DNA of 28,875 nucleotides, taken from positions 1-28,875 of IMG/VR virus record IMGVR_UViG_3300005573_000237; one strand, given 5' to 3'. The notes beneath the pieces were generated by a model, which did no database searches, was not told the DNA's origin, and saw only the letters and a program-made list of their open reading frames with translations. The translations under genes were made by a program, and so were the position numbers. The number at the start of each line of letters is the position of its first letter. Position 1 is the first letter of the stretch. This document shows positions 26,578-28,875 of the stretch, in pieces. The stretch comes from a virus. Lineage: Duplodnaviria; Caudoviricetes.

Positions 26578-26852
26578 GCGAGAACAACAACAGGCCGAGG
26601 ATTAGCCCGGGCGAGTTCTTCGCCGACTGCGCCATGCTATTCCGCTCGCGCAACGACACCTACAAGGACGCTTGGCGGCTCATGAGCCTGGAGGAGCTGG
26701 CCGCGGGAATCAGGCTCAAGGCCGGCAGGATAAACGCGCTCCTCAAGGCCGACGGCGACAAGTCAAAACTTCTTGATGACCTCAAGGATCTCGCGAATTA
26801 TTGCTACTTCCTCTACGCGAAACTCATGGAAGGTGAGGAGGCGTGGCCGTGA
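26574..26852 (+). CDS. DUF1599/nucleotide-modification-associated domain protein
   Basis: LFRSRNDTYKDAW...IRLKAGRI...DDLKDLANY. Confidence 0.75.
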   Translation: MSENNNRPRISPGEFFADCAMLFRSRNDTYKDAWRLMSLEELAAGIRLKAGRINALLKADGDKSKLLDDLKDLANYCYFLYAKLMEGEEAWP

Positions 26853-27064
26853 AATGCCCGTATTGCGGGAAGGAGCTGGATCACCTTGAAATGATAACGG
26901 AGGAGGAGTGGGCTAGGGATTTCAGGGTCACGGGCGTCGGAGTTGAGAGAAGATACCTTAGAACCCGGGATTGGTATTTTTGTTGCCCATACTGCCACGC
27001 CGTCCTTACGGATTGTGAGAACGTCGCCAGAGACATCCTCCGGGGTATTCGGAAATGGGATTGA
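26843..27064 (+). CDS. Zn-ribbon protein
   Basis: CPYCG...CPYCH. Confidence 0.75.
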   Translation: MAVKCPYCGKELDHLEMITEEEWARDFRVTGVGVERRYLRTRDWYFCCPYCHAVLTDCENVARDILRGIRKWD

Positions 27065-27204
27065 GGAAAATGATGGCGTTGGAGGGGCTGAAGATCAGGC
27101 TACTGGTCTGGATGATGATAGCATTCAGGCTTAGGCCTAGGGCCCTGCCCGGCTTTGACGCAGTTAAATTCGTTCAAGAAGAGAGGGATGATGATTATGG
27201 ATGA
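27055..27204 (+). CDS. Small hypothetical protein (MGLRKMMALEGLK...)
   Basis: Fills the gap between two co-oriented genes with short overlaps. Confidence 0.4.
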   Translation: MGLRKMMALEGLKIRLLVWMMIAFRLRPRALPGFDAVKFVQEERDDDYG

Positions 27205-27523
27205 ATTAATAGCTTCGCGGATCGCGGATTGGGCCATGAGGATCTGGCGCGGCGATAGAACTGTTATCGATGAGTTGAAGAAAATCAATAAGAATATCGA
27301 GGCTAGTGATAATGGGATCATGGGCTCCGCGCCGGATGGCATGAGAGTGGGAATACCGTTCGGCCTAGAGCCTTCGCTTGCGGTGGTTCAGCTTGGCTTT
27401 TTGCTGTTCGGGCAGTTGTGGCCCCTGATGCCGGGTTTTAGCAAGGCCATGAAAGAAGCCAATAGGATGTGGCGGCAGGAGATCAAGGCGAGGAAAGTCA
27501 AGGCGGAGGCCATGAGCCCATGA
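27188..27523 (+). CDS. Hypothetical protein
   Basis: GAGGG RBS before clustered ATGs; exact start uncertain. Confidence 0.6.
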   Translation: MMIMDELIASRIADWAMRIWRGDRTVIDELKKINKNIEASDNGIMGSAPDGMRVGIPFGLEPSLAVVQLGFLLFGQLWPLMPGFSKAMKEANRMWRQEIKARKVKAEAMSP

Positions 27524-27648
27524 GGAAAATTTGGCTTGAGTGCTTGTCTTGCGGGCATAGGTGGATTCCGCGCAAGCCGGTTCATACGGGCTTGGTGATG
27601 TGCCCGAGGTGCCTTAGCTCTGACGTTTATCTCCGCGTCGAAAGATGA
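27520..27648 (+). CDS. Small Zn-ribbon protein (42 aa)
   Basis: MRKIWLECLSCGHRWIPRKPVHTGLVMCPRCLS...; ATGA overlap. Confidence 0.7.
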   Translation: MRKIWLECLSCGHRWIPRKPVHTGLVMCPRCLSSDVYLRVER

Positions 27649-27677
27649 TGGCGATATGTGCGAGCTATGCGAAGTTG

Positions 27678-28700
27678 TTAGAGACCTGATGAGGCGCCTA
27701 GCCTATTGTGAGACTCTCTTAGTCGAGTTAAGAGGTGGCTTAGAGCCCTCTTCATCTCGGCGATCTCGGCCTCAAGCTCCTCAATCCGCCTAACGTTCTC
27801 AATCGCCTTATCCTCGTCCTCCTCCGCGAATATCGTTAGAGCCCTCTCGGCCTTCTCCCACTCCTCCAAGATCATCTTCCGCGACGGCCTGAAGTATGCG
27901 CCCGACACGTTCAGGTCGTGGCCCATCCACGTCTCGATGATCAGGCTGTTCACGCCCGCCTCTTCTAATCTCGTTTTAAAGAATTTCCGTAAGCTATATG
28001 GGTGGAGCATCCAGCCCCTCCCGCTCGGGTCGCGCTGGTTGATGCCGAGCTTGAGCGTCAATCTCTTGAACGCCGTTACAAGATAGTTCTTCAGCATCGG
28101 CTTCCCGGCCCTAGTCGGGAATAGTAGGCCCTCGCTTCTACCGTTAAGATACTTCCTGATCCTCTCCACGATCTCCCGGGTCAATGGAATCTCCCTGATC
28201 TTCCCGGTCTTAGCCGAGACAATTCTCACAACCGGCGGGTCGCAAGTGAAATCGAGATTCTCCACCTTGAGGTTCAACAGCTCATGAACCCGCAATCCCG
28301 TAACGGCCATGAGGTGGATCATGAGGCCGATTCTCGGCGGCGCGGCTAATATCATTCGCCTAAGCTCCGAGACCGAGGGCGCCCTATCAACCTTCAGGGC
28401 GCGCGTCCTAGGGATCTCGCACCTAGCCCGAATAATGTCCCAATCCGGCTTAAGCCCATAGAACCTGAGAAACCTCTTCAGAAACGCGAGATAGAAGCCC
28501 GTGATCGTCTTCGGCGCCAACCCCTCCATCTTAAGCCTCTCCACTAGATCTACAACGCTCTCGTTCAAGAACTCTTGATCCCGCCTGCATCTCTCCAGAA
28601 ACGCGTTAATGTCCATGCCATCGCACCATGTCCTGAGAAGCCTGATGAACGGCCTGCGCCTGATCGACGGAAGCCTCTCCAAAAATTTCTCAACACCCAT
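27678..28700 (-). CDS. int: Tyrosine integrase
   Basis: TGLRVHE, AKTG, HPYSLRKFF, MGH, GAYF. Start placed at ATG 28700 because the longer ORF runs through a promoter-like motif and the sRNA. Confidence 0.93.
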   Translation of the reverse strand: MGVEKFLERLPSIRRRPFIRLLRTWCDGMDINAFLERCRRDQEFLNESVVDLVERLKMEGLAPKTITGFYLAFLKRFLRFYGLKPDWDIIRARCEIPRTRALKVDRAPSVSELRRMILAAPPRIGLMIHLMAVTGLRVHELLNLKVENLDFTCDPPVVRIVSAKTGKIREIPLTREIVERIRKYLNGRSEGLLFPTRAGKPMLKNYLVTAFKRLTLKLGINQRDPSGRGWMLHPYSLRKFFKTRLEEAGVNSLIIETWMGHDLNVSGAYFRPSRKMILEEWEKAERALTIFAEEDEDKAIENVRRIEELEAEIAEMKRALSHLLTRLRESHNRLGASSGL

Positions 28701-28753
28701 CGAAAACGAAAGATTCTTATCGGTTAAAGTGTCTGAGTGAACAAAAAATCGTG

Positions 28754-28807
28754 AATCAGGGTGAGCTGAGGTCATCATCATGTCAGATACTGCAGCTCTC
28801 ATCATGC
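28754..28807 (-). ncRNA. Archaeal box C/D sRNA
   Basis: ATGATGA-gagctgcagtat-CTGA-catg-ATGATGA-cctcagctcacc-CTGA: four consensus boxes and two 12-nt guides. Confidence 0.88.
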
Positions 28808-28875
28808 TCAAGGTTAATCTTGTATCCGGCTTCGGAAAAACCTTGCGCACCTATTCCTTCGGGCTTCTCGGCAGT

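Larger units (their letters stand above)
1..28750. mobile_element. Archaeal head-tail provirus; left end lies outside the window, right boundary approximate
   Basis: HK97 capsid, protease, terminase, portal, tape measure and tail genes plus an intact tyrosine integrase. Archaeal-type TATA promoters, RHH and Zn-ribbon proteins, RadB-like ATPase. att sites not identified. Confidence 0.9.

Noticed and set aside
27070-27135. Possible second C/D sRNA (ATGATGG...CTGA...ATGATGA)
   Set aside because: Box C is imperfect, spacing is wrong, there is no terminal box D, and the region is probably coding.
28701-28850. N-terminal 50 aa of the 390-aa integrase ORF
   Set aside because: Overlaps the C/D sRNA and a promoter-like motif; probably not translated.

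Overview
Most of an archaeal head-tail (Caudoviricetes-type) provirus, probably siphovirus-like because no sheath gene is visible. From left to right: a tail module (LamG tail-tip protein truncated by the window edge, tape measure, G/GT tail chaperone with a -1 frameshift site, tail tube, an S8 subtilase, head-tail joining genes), a head module (HK97 capsid, prohead protease, large terminase, and an oppositely oriented portal-MuF fusion), a replication module bracketed by about 80-bp inverted repeats, a divergent RHH switch, a long early operon, and a tyrosine integrase. A box C/D sRNA sits just upstream of the integrase. The most striking element is a stand-alone Cas7/Csm3-like RAMP gene (24782-25417) with no CRISPR array in the window. 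It is followed immediately by a GC-clamped stem enclosing twenty in-phase NN+U-rich pentamers (25428-25569) and then by a PLD-family nuclease, making a candidate RNA-guided viral system. A pyrimidine-rich TCAR element about 35 nt before many start codons suggests a virus-specific promoter class. All calls come from reading motifs by eye; no database searches were run.
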